From: Aquificaceae bacterium
Lineage (GTDB): Bacteria > Aquificota > Aquificia > Aquificales > Aquificaceae
Reading direction: 5' to 3'
Assembly (NCBI GenBank): GCA_015487535.1
Contig: WFPN01000329.1
Coordinates: forward strand, 1 to 45,882
DNA: 45,882 nt
Position 1 is the stretch's first letter. Each line of letters opens with the position of its first letter. The notes beneath the pieces were generated by a model. It searched no databases and was not told where the DNA came from. It saw only the letters and a list, made by a program, of their open reading frames with translations. Of the stretch, positions 1-9,192 are shown in pieces. The position numbers and the translations under genes are program-made.

Positions 1-2
1 CC

Positions 3-932
3 CCTATAGAAGAGACAAAAACAATTAAGGAGGGGGGCACCCCCCGTGACCTCGGGGACGACCTGGTTTCGGATGGGCTCCTCGAAGCCCTCCAGGGCAG
101 GACATCGAGGATAACCGAGTGGGTCGATGCTGTGGAGCAGGTGTATTCCAACTTCGGTTGGAACGAGGACTGTACGAGGATGCTTTCCGAGCTCCTTGAC
201 AAAACTTACATCACCCCTCAGCGTTTTCTCGGCATTTTAAGAGGGAGGGCTGGGGAGCTCGCTGGGAAGTACGGGATCGGTTTTGTTCTAAAGTCTATGC
301 TCGAGAAGGTTGACGCCTCCCTCAACGCTGGGGAAAAGAAAGCCAAGACCTTGCTTGGGGATATAGGCTTGAAGGTCAAGAGGGAGTCCTTCGACCCGAA
401 AACAGTTTTCGGAGTTTACGAGAGGGCTGTTCAGAGGTTCCCAGAGTTCAGGCCGGTGAGGCTATCCGAGTCTTTGAAGAAGAGGATAGGCTCTGTCCTG
501 AAAAAGTCGGCGAGATTCAGGAGTGAAGAGTTCTGGGAGGATCTCCTCAGGAGGGCGAGGGACTACATAGCGTATCTGAGCCAGAAGCAGGATGAAGTCC
601 AAGTGAAGGATCTCTGGTGGGTTCTCAACGAGAAGGTGTTCGAGTGGATAGAGGGAGATGTCAGGAACGGGTTTGAGGTCGCTACCGTGAGCTTCCCGAG
701 TGAGTGGGTCGGTCGGTTCAGAGAGATACTCGGGGAAGATAGGTACGAGACCCTGAGGTTCGACATGAAGGCGAGCATCGTCGGGCACGAGAAGAGAGAT
801 GGGGAGATAGTTCTGAAGGTCTGGAAGCCTTCACCCTTGTACTCCGCCCTCTACGATTCAGACTCTCCCGAGGACTTTCTCGAGAGGTTTTACAGGAAGG
901 AGTATCTTGGAGGTGGCGATGATAAAGATTGA
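3..932 (+). CDS. Putative phage replication initiator / replisome organiser, 5'-truncated
   Basis: The frame of the 132..932 ORF is open back to base 3 (PIEETKTIKEGG...), so the gene starts outside the window. Function inferred only from its position directly upstream of and overlapping DnaB. Confidence 0.5.
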   Translation, partial: PIEETKTIKEGGTPRDLGDDLVSDGLLEALQGRTSRITEWVDAVEQVYSNFGWNEDCTRMLSELLDKTYITPQRFLGILRGRAGELAGKYGIGFVLKSMLEKVDASLNAGEKKAKTLLGDIGLKVKRESFDPKTVFGVYERAVQRFPEFRPVRLSESLKKRIGSVLKKSARFRSEEFWEDLLRRARDYIAYLSQKQDEVQVKDLWWVLNEKVFEWIEGDVRNGFEVATVSFPSEWVGRFREILGEDRYETLRFDMKASIVGHEKRDGEIVLKVWKPSPLYSALYDSDSPEDFLERFYRKEYLGGGDDKD

Positions 933-2283
933 ACCGTACTACGACGAGCCTGCGGAGAGATCTATCCTCGGGACCATGCTCGCCGACCCTGATGTCATCC
1001 CTTCTGTGATGAACCTTGTTGGGGAGGATGACTTCTACATAGAGGAGCACAGGCTGCTCTTCTCTGTCATCGTCAGGCTTTGGCAGGAGCATGGGAGCAA
1101 CTGGGACGAGGTCGTTCTGAGGGACTACATAAGGAAGGAGGGACTCGAGGACAGGCTCCCCCTCGATTGGATACTCGGTATATACGAGGACGCCGCCCCT
1201 CTTGTCACGCTCGAGACTGCGTGCAGGATAGTGAAGGAGCATTCGGACAGGAGGAAGGTAGGCGACCTCATTCTCTCCCTCGCCTCCTCGCTTAAGAAGG
1301 GAGAGCCCGTGGAAGACCTGCTCAAGAACACGTTGGATAGGCTCCTCAGCATAGCCGGTGACAGCTCCAAGCTCTACACCAAAGTCGATATAGCCAAGCT
1401 CGTTGCAGAGTATGTGAAATCAGCCATGGAAAGGAAGGAGGTTTACACGGGTCTTCCGACGGGGTTCACGGAAGTGGATGAGGTTACAAACGGGTTTCGG
1501 GCTGGGGAGCTGATAGTTTTCGGTGCGAGGCCCGCCGTAGGGAAGACCACGCTGCTCGTTACGCTTGCGGAGAAGTTTGTGGAGAGCGGGTATAGGGTTG
1601 CCTTCTTTTCCCTTGAGATGCCTCCAATCACCCTCGGTTTGAAGCTCGCTTCCATGGTTAGCGGCGTTCCCTTCAGGAAGCTCCTCTCTGGTTTTCTTTC
1701 GGATGAGGAGTACGACAGCTTTTTGGAGAAGCTCCTCGGCTACACGAGGGTTGGAGGAGATGTGTATTTTGACTTCAGGAGGCACGACCATAAGAGCCTT
1801 GTATCCTCTATCTTCTTTCTCAGAAAGAAGATGGGTATAGACGTTGCGATGATCGACTACTTTCAGCTTGTGAAAGTGAAGCCTGGGTTTGGGGAATCGA
1901 TGAAAGATGCGTACTCAGCCCTGAGTACTGACCTCAAGATGGTAGCTAAGGAGCTCGAGATCCCTGTGATTGTCGCTTCCCAGCTTCGGAGGGAGGCCGA
2001 ACATGCCAGTAAACCTCCTACCATAAGGGATCTTAAGGAAACGGGGCAGCTTGAGCAGGATGCGGACATGATTTTCCTCCTCTGGAGAGACGGCAAAGAC
2101 AACATCACACGCATGAGGCTTGCCAAGAACAGGCTCCTTGGGGAGACGGCCAAGTTCAACCTAATCTTCGACAAGGAAACCCACACGTACAGTATCGAGA
2201 AGCCTGGGGTAAGCGTGCCTGTACAGCAGGAAAAGACAAACGTGGAGGATTACTACGATGAGAACGGTGAGATTCCCTTTTGA
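919..2283 (+). CDS. dnaB: Replicative DNA helicase, DnaB family
   Basis: N-terminal AERSILGTML, Walker A GARPAVGKT, FFSLEM, IDYFQL, ASQLRR, LKETGQLEQDAD, AKNR. GGAGGT precedes ATG 919. Confidence 0.95.
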   Translation: MIKIEPYYDEPAERSILGTMLADPDVIPSVMNLVGEDDFYIEEHRLLFSVIVRLWQEHGSNWDEVVLRDYIRKEGLEDRLPLDWILGIYEDAAPLVTLETACRIVKEHSDRRKVGDLILSLASSLKKGEPVEDLLKNTLDRLLSIAGDSSKLYTKVDIAKLVAEYVKSAMERKEVYTGLPTGFTEVDEVTNGFRAGELIVFGARPAVGKTTLLVTLAEKFVESGYRVAFFSLEMPPITLGLKLASMVSGVPFRKLLSGFLSDEEYDSFLEKLLGYTRVGGDVYFDFRRHDHKSLVSSIFFLRKKMGIDVAMIDYFQLVKVKPGFGESMKDAYSALSTDLKMVAKELEIPVIVASQLRREAEHASKPPTIRDLKETGQLEQDADMIFLLWRDGKDNITRMRLAKNRLLGETAKFNLIFDKETHTYSIEKPGVSVPVQQEKTNVEDYYDENGEIPF

Positions 2284-2288
2284 GGCAC

Positions 2289-2323
2289 TTGACAAAAATT
2301 GGAATAACGATTTTAATGTTATT
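2289..2323 (+). promoter_or_regulatory. Sigma70-like promoter overlapped by palindromic motif copy 1
   Basis: TTGACA (2289-2294), 17 bp spacer, TTTAAT (2312-2317); AATAAC-gattttaat-GTTATT (2303-2323); AGGAGG follows. Confidence 0.75.
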
Positions 2324-2337
2324 AGGAGGTTGGCTAT

Positions 2338-2640
2338 ATGAGGCATGTGTCTATGGGCATATACGTGTCCGAGGCGGTTGCTGATGCTATCAGGCGTGAA
2401 GCGGAAGAAAGGGGCGAGAGCTTTTCTAAGGTAGTTATGGACATAGTAGCTGAAGGGCTTGAGGATGTTGATCCTGCTGAGTTCAGGAACGCTGGGAGAC
2501 CGACGAGTATCAGCATCTCTCCCGATGTGTACGATGAGCTGAGGAGATTTGCCAAGGCTCATGGGTTTCAAGTTGGGCATGTCGTAAGGAAGCTTTTGGA
2601 GAAGTGGTACTGGGAACAGAAGGTTGGGGCCAGGGGGTAA
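2338..2640 (+). CDS. Tandem ribbon-helix-helix DNA-binding protein
   Basis: Two RHH-like units: HVSMGIYVSEAVADAIRREAEERGESFSKVV and PTSISISPDVYDELRRFAKAHGFQVGHVVRKLL. Confidence 0.7.
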   Translation: MRHVSMGIYVSEAVADAIRREAEERGESFSKVVMDIVAEGLEDVDPAEFRNAGRPTSISISPDVYDELRRFAKAHGFQVGHVVRKLLEKWYWEQKVGARG

Positions 2641-2642
2641 GT

Positions 2643-2975
2643 ATGGACAAGAGCTGGAAGGCGTGGGAGAGAGAAGTTGCCAAATGGTTCGGAGGACGGA
2701 GGAACCCTCTTTCCGGCATGAACAACGTCTCAGACAACGGGAGCCGGAGGGTCGGGGACGTTGTCGGTGTAGATGGTCTTGTTGTGGAGTGCAAGCTCCT
2801 CAAATCCGTTGCCCCTATAAGGAGGGCGAGGACGACTGCGAGGCTTGCGAGGGAAAACGGGAAAAGGTTTGTGCACATAGAGAGGGAGAAGGGTGATAGA
2901 AAACTCGTCTGTTTTGTTGTGGATGTTGAGACTGCAAAGAGGATAGCGGGCTTGTTTAAGGAGGGGAAGGTATGA
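2643..2975 (+). CDS. Hjc-like PD-(D/E)XK Holliday junction resolvase
   Basis: WKAWEREVAK...RNPLSG...GDV...VVECK pattern; likely start ATG 2643. Confidence 0.7.
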   Translation: MDKSWKAWEREVAKWFGGRRNPLSGMNNVSDNGSRRVGDVVGVDGLVVECKLLKSVAPIRRARTTARLARENGKRFVHIEREKGDRKLVCFVVDVETAKRIAGLFKEGKV

Positions 2976-3307
2976 AGAGGGTGAGCTTGTCTATTCCTGA
3001 AGATCTTTACACAAGGTTGAAGTCGGTTGCCTCTGCGAACGGTGAAAAGATTTCTGAGCTTATTTCTGTTATGCTCGACAGCCTTTACGACGGCGACTTC
3101 GTTCATATCCGAAAGGATCTCTCCGAGAGGCTCAAAGATTGTGAGGGGGTTGACGTTTTCCTTCTTGTTAACGGAGTCCTCGAGAAGTACCTGGACGGGT
3201 GTCTCGTTGAGGTGCCTCACGACCTCCTTGCCCGTCTATCCAAGGAGGGGGATGTATCCACCACAGTAGTGAGGGCTATAGAGCTTTATTTGGAGGAGAA
3301 GTCATGA
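2972..3307 (+). CDS. RHH/CopG-like DNA-binding protein
   Basis: MKRVSLSIPEDLYTRLKSVA...ISELI; a second weak RHH-like unit at the C-terminus. Confidence 0.65.
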   Translation: MKRVSLSIPEDLYTRLKSVASANGEKISELISVMLDSLYDGDFVHIRKDLSERLKDCEGVDVFLLVNGVLEKYLDGCLVEVPHDLLARLSKEGDVSTTVVRAIELYLEEKS

Positions 3308-4089
3308 GAGAGGTGTTTGTGAACCCGCCTGCCATAGTCAGGGAGGCTGAGGACGTCCAGAGCATAGTGCAGTACATAGAACAGGCTGTTCGGGACATAG
3401 AGAGCAAGTTCATATCACTCGGCAAGTACCTGTGCAAGATGTACGACAGAGAGTTGTACAGAAACCTTGGGTACAAATCCCTCTGGGAGTTCATAGAGGC
3501 CCACCCCAAGCTGACCTTTGAGAGGCGTACTGCCGAGATGCTCATGCGGATCTGGAGGTTCTTCGGGGAAGGCGGGAAGTTTCCCATTTCCGTTGGGACA
3601 CTATCTGAAATTGGGTATGCGAAGGCGTATTTGATGACGAGGCTATATGAAGGGGGGATTTTGAGCCGGGACAATCTCGATGAGTGGATACAGCTCGCCA
3701 AGGAAAGCACCTACAGGAAATTCAAGCTCGAGGTTGACAAGGCCCTTGGGAAGGAAGAGCCTTCCGAGGAAGAGCTGAATTGGAAAACCGTGTCTTTTAG
3801 GGTACCTCCCGATTATGAGGATGAAATAGAGGAGGCTATAAACACTATGGCCTATATAGAGGGGGTTGAGGACCCCGAGGAGATAAGGAAGAGGAGGGGG
3901 GACTTTTTGGTGAAGATACTCGTGGACTGGGTTGGGTATTACAGCCTTATATACCAGAAGGATGAGTACAAGGACAACGAGGCCAGGAAGATGTTCAAGC
4001 TGGAACAGGTTAAGGGTATTCTTGAGAATACCTTTGATGACGTTTTAATCGTTGTTATAGACAGGAAAACCAATCAGAGGGTGTTGTGA
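3304..4089 (+). CDS. DUF3102-like phage protein
   Basis: FISLGKYL...LYRNLGYKSLWEFIE...RRTAEMLMRI pattern. Confidence 0.5.
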   Translation: MREVFVNPPAIVREAEDVQSIVQYIEQAVRDIESKFISLGKYLCKMYDRELYRNLGYKSLWEFIEAHPKLTFERRTAEMLMRIWRFFGEGGKFPISVGTLSEIGYAKAYLMTRLYEGGILSRDNLDEWIQLAKESTYRKFKLEVDKALGKEEPSEEELNWKTVSFRVPPDYEDEIEEAINTMAYIEGVEDPEEIRKRRGDFLVKILVDWVGYYSLIYQKDEYKDNEARKMFKLEQVKGILENTFDDVLIVVIDRKTNQRVL

Positions 4090-4189
4090 TGGGCTGCCGC
4101 TGCTGTGCTCATCTTGATCCCTCCCCCTCCCTCCCTTTTCAGCTCTTGCGGGGCGCCGAGCTCCGCTCTTCTAACAGAGGAGGGATGAT

Positions 4190-4672
4190 ATGAGGGTCTT
4201 TATGGCTCTTATCCTTGGGGTGCTCGGGGTATTCTTTGTGGAGAACATAGGCCAGGGAGAGGAGAGAGACCAGATAGGGGACTTAATCAGGCATCTTACG
4301 GCCAAACCCGCCCTTTACTTCCAAGGGAAGGAGTGTATGGTTGTCAAAGCTACGGGTTATTCAAACGACCATTACTCCATCAACGTCCCCGAGTGGAGGG
4401 ACGGGCTTACCTCTACTCTTGCGAAGGCTGACAGGGGAGCGGTTGCTGTCGATCCTTCTATTATTCCCTTCGGTTCCGTTTTGTGGATCGAGGGCTACGG
4501 CTACGGGATAGCCCTCGACAGGGGTTCGGCCATAAGAGGATACGAGATAGACCTCTACTTCCCAACGAGGGAGGAAGCCCTCGAGTGGGGAGTGAGAGAT
4601 GTTTTGGTTTGTGTCGTAGGCAAGGTGGACGTGAGGGTTGTGAGGAAGGTTGTGAAGGGAGGTACAAGGTGA
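4190..4672 (+). CDS. 3D (Asp-Asp-Asp) domain muralytic enzyme with N-terminal hydrophobic signal/anchor; candidate endolysin
   Basis: ATGYS...AVAVDPSIIPFGS...YGYGIALDRGSAIRGYEIDLYF; hydrophobic first ~18 residues. Confidence 0.85.
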   Translation: MRVFMALILGVLGVFFVENIGQGEERDQIGDLIRHLTAKPALYFQGKECMVVKATGYSNDHYSINVPEWRDGLTSTLAKADRGAVAVDPSIIPFGSVLWIEGYGYGIALDRGSAIRGYEIDLYFPTREEALEWGVRDVLVCVVGKVDVRVVRKVVKGGTR

Positions 4673-4681
4673 AACTTTCCT

Positions 4682-5098
4682 ATGAAACGTGTTATGAGCG
4701 CAGAGTACATCTGCCCTAAGTGTGGGAGTCATAACGTAGTGAAGAAGGGGACGGTTGTCCGAAAGAAAGACGGACGACGGTTTAGATGTATTTACTGCAA
4801 AGCTTGCGGGAAGAGGTCGAGAGTTCCTATGTCAATGGAGGCAGCGAGGAAGGATGCGATACGACGCAGGCAGATAGCGGGCATGAAAGAGGCGTTAGAA
4901 GACACAAAGAGACTGAAAGAAGTTCTCGGTAGGGAGCTCGAAAGAGTCTTTGGGTCGGGGAAGATCGACTTTCTCCAAGAGTGGATAGATGACCTTCTCT
5001 TTTTTCTAAAGCGGGGGTTGCTCTACGACTCTCGCATTTTCCCGCAGGAGAACAGGAGGAGGCTCTGGAAGCTTGTGAAAGCGTTGAAGAAGATGTAA
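4682..5098 (+). CDS. Zinc-ribbon protein (InsA-like N-terminus), function unknown
   Basis: CPKCGSHNVVKKG...YCKACGKR. Confidence 0.55.
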   Translation: MKRVMSAEYICPKCGSHNVVKKGTVVRKKDGRRFRCIYCKACGKRSRVPMSMEAARKDAIRRRQIAGMKEALEDTKRLKEVLGRELERVFGSGKIDFLQEWIDDLLFFLKRGLLYDSRIFPQENRRRLWKLVKALKKM

Positions 5099-5112
5099 GG
5101 AGGTGCGAAGAG

Positions 5113-6228
5113 ATGGAGGTGAAGGAGCAGACCACTTTTAAGATTAAGGCTCCAGCGGACGTTTTACTTTCTGCCCTTGAAAAGCTCCCCTACGGGAAGA
5201 GTGCAGCCTTGCCACTTCTTTCTTACGTCCTTGTGAAGGGAGTAGGCCACAGGGTTTCTTTCAGCTCCACAGACCTTGAGACTTACGGGATGGTAACTGT
5301 GGACAACCCAGGGCCAGTATCTTTTGGTGAGGTGTGTGTTAGCCTCGAAAAGCTGAAAGCCCTTCTGAAGAGCTTCGGCACTTCTGAGGTCAAGCTCGAG
5401 CAGGAAGGGGAGGCCCTTAAGGTAGAAGCGGAAGGCAAGGGGGCGAGATACAAGGTTCCAGGGATCAACCCGGAGGACTTTACGGAGTTCCCCAATATAG
5501 AAGGGGAGCCTGTATGCGGGTTTACCCTGAGGGCGGAGGATCTCAGGGAAGGCCTTGGCAAGACGGAGTTTGCGATTGCAAAAGATGACCTTTCACGGCC
5601 CGGTTTGAGTGGAGTGTGCCTGAGGGGGTTTGGGAACAAGCTCCACATTGTAGGATCTGACGGCCACAGGCTCTCCCTCTTCGAGATCCCCGTTGAAGCT
5701 CCAGAGTTCGTGTCTATACTTCCCTCAGGCGCTGTTAAGGTTCTTTCCAAGCTGAGCGGAGAGGTGAGGGTCAAGAAATTCGAGAAATACATTGTGTTCG
5801 AGGCCCAAGATGTGACCTACACGATCAGGGAGATAGATGTTGGGTACCCAGACTACCTGAGCGTCATCCCTCCAGAGGACAAGTTCGTGTGCATGGTAGA
5901 GCTTTACAGGGACGAACTCAAGGAAGCGCTCGAGAGGATGATGAGGTTCTCTAAAGAGCTCAGGAGGATGGGAGGGATAACTCTCTATGTCAGGGAAGGT
6001 AGGCTCGAGGTGGGATACACAGACCCAGATGAGGGGGAGGGACAGGAGGAGATAGGCCTTACCCATGTGGAGGGGAAGGAGCTGTGGACGGGGTTCAACC
6101 CGAGGTTCATACTCGAGTACCTCAAGAAGGCCGAGTCTGAGAGGGTCTGGATGAAGTTCACAGGAGAGGATACGGCGTGCGTTATGGGGGATGACTTTAC
6201 CTACCTGGTAATGCCGATGAGGATTTAA
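5113..6228 (+). CDS. dnaN: DNA polymerase III beta sliding clamp
   Basis: STDLET, GSDGHRL, YPDYLSVIP, GFNPRFILE, C-terminal YLVMPMRI; 371 aa. Confidence 0.93.
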   Translation: MEVKEQTTFKIKAPADVLLSALEKLPYGKSAALPLLSYVLVKGVGHRVSFSSTDLETYGMVTVDNPGPVSFGEVCVSLEKLKALLKSFGTSEVKLEQEGEALKVEAEGKGARYKVPGINPEDFTEFPNIEGEPVCGFTLRAEDLREGLGKTEFAIAKDDLSRPGLSGVCLRGFGNKLHIVGSDGHRLSLFEIPVEAPEFVSILPSGAVKVLSKLSGEVRVKKFEKYIVFEAQDVTYTIREIDVGYPDYLSVIPPEDKFVCMVELYRDELKEALERMMRFSKELRRMGGITLYVREGRLEVGYTDPDEGEGQEEIGLTHVEGKELWTGFNPRFILEYLKKAESERVWMKFTGEDTACVMGDDFTYLVMPMRI

Positions 6229-6261
6229 TGAAGGTGGCCGATATTATACTATTGAGTAAGT

Positions 6262-7437
6262 ATGGGGGATTTGTTTGCTAAAAACGACTTGCAAGTTGGG
6301 AAAGATAAAAAAGAGTTGGAGAAAGATGCTACTAATGAATTGAAGGCTTTTGTGTTGGGTTTACACACTATCAAGGGAGTTGGATGGAAAGCACTAAGGC
6401 ATTTATTCCGAGCCTTAATTCAAGGTGAAGATGTTTTTTCCAGTCGTTCTAAGCTTTCAAAGTTGCTCCACGATGCGAGGGTGCCAAACTCTAAAGAAAT
6501 CGCAATTTCAATAATTGAGTCTTTAGACAAGATAAGGGATATTGGTTATGAGGAATACGAACGATTGAAAGGTATGGGGATAGATTTTCTTGTTGGAAGT
6601 GAGCTACCGGGAAGATTGCAGAACACTAATGGTGGGAAGCCGTATTGGTTGTTTATAGAAGGAGATAAGGAAGTATTTTTAACAGGGGGAAATTTGTTTG
6701 TTGGAATTGTTGGGACACGGAACCCCTCTGCGGAGGCTCAGAGGAGCATAGAAAAAATAGTGTGGTTGTTCAGCCGGTACCCTGTTGTAATAGTTTCAGG
6801 GCTTGCAAAGGGAATTGATTCTTGGGCGCATGCTATTAGCATAAAATCAGGTATAAGGAATATAGCTTTCCTTGGACATGGGCTACAAGTTCATACATCT
6901 AAGGAAAGTCGAGAACTTAGAAAAAAGATAATAGAATCTGGTGGAGCTATTGTTACCGAGTACTTCCCTAAAGAGCGCTACAGTAGGGAAAGATTTTTAC
7001 GTAGGAATAGGCTTATAGCCAGTTATAGTGATATTGTTATCCCTGTACAAGGCCGTGTTCCTGGAGGTACTTACTCTACAGTGTTACATGCATTGAAAAG
7101 CAATAAGCAGGTCATAGGTGTAGAGATGAAAGATAGTCCAATAACCGGATTTCTTAGGGAAAAAGGGTGTAGTGTTGTAGACGTGAACAAGCCTGACGAC
7201 TTGGTGTTACTGGACAAGCTTGTAAGATGCGTCCTTAGAAAGAAAGGTATAGACTTTGATGCTTTATCTTCTTTTAAGAAGAAAATTACGAGGTTGATTG
7301 AGAGGGAACTTTCATACCGGTATGTGGACGAAGAGTTCTATAATGACATACAATCGTTTTTGCGTGATTTGCCAAGATATGTGGAGGAAAAGCTGAGGGG
7401 GAAACATGTGGATCAAGGGGATTATAGTACATCCTGA
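6262..7437 (+). CDS. DprA/Smf-like (SLOG fold) protein, ShosA-like
   Basis: VGIVGTRNPS, IVSGLAKGIDSWAH, FLGHGL, GAIVTEY, FLRRNRLIASYS; visibly AT-rich DNA. Confidence 0.88.
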   Translation: MGDLFAKNDLQVGKDKKELEKDATNELKAFVLGLHTIKGVGWKALRHLFRALIQGEDVFSSRSKLSKLLHDARVPNSKEIAISIIESLDKIRDIGYEEYERLKGMGIDFLVGSELPGRLQNTNGGKPYWLFIEGDKEVFLTGGNLFVGIVGTRNPSAEAQRSIEKIVWLFSRYPVVIVSGLAKGIDSWAHAISIKSGIRNIAFLGHGLQVHTSKESRELRKKIIESGGAIVTEYFPKERYSRERFLRRNRLIASYSDIVIPVQGRVPGGTYSTVLHALKSNKQVIGVEMKDSPITGFLREKGCSVVDVNKPDDLVLLDKLVRCVLRKKGIDFDALSSFKKKITRLIERELSYRYVDEEFYNDIQSFLRDLPRYVEEKLRGKHVDQGDYSTS

Positions 7438-8542
7438 ACTTATACTTAAATGTAGCCAAGACGAATATGACGAACTCCGAAAATTTTTGCTGGATAATAA
7501 TCTACAGCTATTTGGGTTTTCGAATCGGAATTTAAATAAGTACAAACAAGCTACGGAAGATATAGGAGGGGTCTTTATCTCTAAGGTTGATGTAGGGAAA
7601 AACAAGGGGTCTCCTGAGTGGATCCATTATATAGAGAAGCGTTTTGGTATTACTCACAACGAACTGGTGTATATAGGCTATGGAAATAGAAAGCATGATT
7701 GGTATACTGCCATAAACTCATCCGTTTTCTACCTGCACTATGCACCAGAAAAGAAGGTGTCCAAAGATATTAGTAAGTATGTTCTCAGAACGGCAAGTGT
7801 ACAAGGGGCGTTAAAGTTTATAAATGTCTTTCTCAGAGACCCTCCACTTTTCACTTACGAGTTTACTTTTGAAGATGGGACGGAGCTTAGAATTCTTTTC
7901 GATGCTGGGGTTGAGCTAAAAGATGTAAATGGGGAATCATTCTCTCTCCGAGATCTATTTACCTACGACAAGATCTTCCTTTTAGGAAAGAAGCGTAAAA
8001 TAGATGCAAGGAGTATCCTATTTCTCCTTCTTATAGCCCAGTTGTGGAAGGAGGGTATAGCTTCACGGGGCGTAAGGTGGTGCGTATATCCTTCTTCAAA
8101 AAAGGGTAGAGTATCCAAAAATATGGAACCATACCTTAGATTTTTCAGGGGACTGACCGGGTCCTATTATGCCCAAATTTTGAAGCGGTGTAAAAATACG
8201 GTTGATAAGAGCAAGGCTCGTAAAGAAGGTAGGTACCATGAGGTGAGCTTTGATAGAGAAAAAGGTTCACTATGTTTAGATGAGAAGCAAAGTATAAAGG
8301 GCAGAAGGATTATTGTAGTTGACGATTTTTCAACTACTGGTATGTCCTTAGAGGCTGCAAAGCTCCTCTTGAGGAATGCTGGAGCTTCCCAAATAGCCTT
8401 ATGTGCTGTTGGTAAGTATGGTTCAAATCATACTGTATACGATGTTGAAGGCAACATCTCTTGTAATGTTAGGCTTTATCAGAATTTAGGGGCACAAGAA
8501 AGGTTGAAGGAGATAATAAATGAATGTAACGATTTATTTTAA
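7406..8542 (+). CDS. HAD-like + phosphoribosyltransferase protein, ShosT-like
   Basis: C-terminal PRPP-binding motif IIVVDDFSTTGMSL; N-terminal degenerate HAD-like segment (LVYIGYG..HDWYTAINS); overlaps the DprA gene. Confidence 0.75.
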   Translation: MWIKGIIVHPELILKCSQDEYDELRKFLLDNNLQLFGFSNRNLNKYKQATEDIGGVFISKVDVGKNKGSPEWIHYIEKRFGITHNELVYIGYGNRKHDWYTAINSSVFYLHYAPEKKVSKDISKYVLRTASVQGALKFINVFLRDPPLFTYEFTFEDGTELRILFDAGVELKDVNGESFSLRDLFTYDKIFLLGKKRKIDARSILFLLLIAQLWKEGIASRGVRWCVYPSSKKGRVSKNMEPYLRFFRGLTGSYYAQILKRCKNTVDKSKARKEGRYHEVSFDREKGSLCLDEKQSIKGRRIIVVDDFSTTGMSLEAAKLLLRNAGASQIALCAVGKYGSNHTVYDVEGNISCNVRLYQNLGAQERLKEIINECNDLF

Positions 8543-8563
8543 ACCTGTGAGGAGGGGTAAATC

Positions 8564-8782
8564 ATGAAGACAAAGAAGTTTCTACTACTACTGGGCGTTT
8601 TGGCCGTTACTAACGGTTCTGTAGTCTATACGGTAGATGGGATAGATGACGGGATAGTTACCTTGAGCAATGATGATACGCTTGAGGTAAAGGAGGCGGA
8701 GCTTATTAGCCTTGACGGGGCTTACCTTGTAATTAAAGAAGGAGATCACGTTGAGTTTTTGAAGGTGATAGAGAGCAAGTAA
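8564..8782 (+). CDS. Small hypothetical protein with hydrophobic N-terminus
   Basis: GAGGAGG RBS; MKTKKFLLLLGVLAV. Confidence 0.55.
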   Translation: MKTKKFLLLLGVLAVTNGSVVYTVDGIDDGIVTLSNDDTLEVKEAELISLDGAYLVIKEGDHVEFLKVIESK

Positions 8783-8850
8783 CGAAGTTTCTGTTAATCT
8801 ATTTTTATGGGGTGGGAGTCTCTATCCCAAGCGGAAAGAACCAAAGAAGC

Positions 8851-9192
8851 CTAAGAATCAGGGGTAGGCTCGTTTTCGAGGATTTCCTTCAAATCCTTTT
8901 TGTGTTCTATGAGGGGCTTGTAGATCCGATAAAGGATAGCAAGCTCTCGCATTACTGGGAACAGATCCTCTCGAGTAGTTCTCTTTAGGCTTATGTATCT
9001 GCCTGCATAATATGCACGTATTGCTACAGATGGCTTTTTTCCTCTGGAGGGTTTAGAGGTTTTACTTGTGTAAAGCTTCGAGTAGGCGCCCCTGATAACA
9101 TCCCTTATTTGGGTATCTGTTAACCCGAGCTTTACACATCTAACTCTGATAGCTTCTTTCAGCTTCTTAACCAGATCTTCAACTTCCAACAT
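8851..9192 (-). CDS. Basic hypothetical protein, the only credible minus-strand gene; possible regulator
   Basis: Fills a gap with no + strand ORF; likely ATG at 9192; divergent from the early cluster. Confidence 0.6.
   Translation of the reverse strand: MLEVEDLVKKLKEAIRVRCVKLGLTDTQIRDVIRGAYSKLYTSKTSKPSRGKKPSVAIRAYYAGRYISLKRTTREDLFPVMRELAILYRIYKPLIEHKKDLKEILENEPTPDS

Noticed and set aside
32-45. GGGGGG-CA-CCCCCC inverted repeat as a replication origin
   Set aside because: Single copy in coding sequence with no iterons visible; the gene start lies outside the window.
4682-5098. IS1-like transposon
   Set aside because: Only a zinc ribbon; no InsB/DDE domain or terminal inverted repeats seen.
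8778-8798. Ninth copy of the palindromic motif (AGTAAC-N9-GTTAAT)
   Set aside because: Mismatch in each arm and no + strand gene downstream; not counted.
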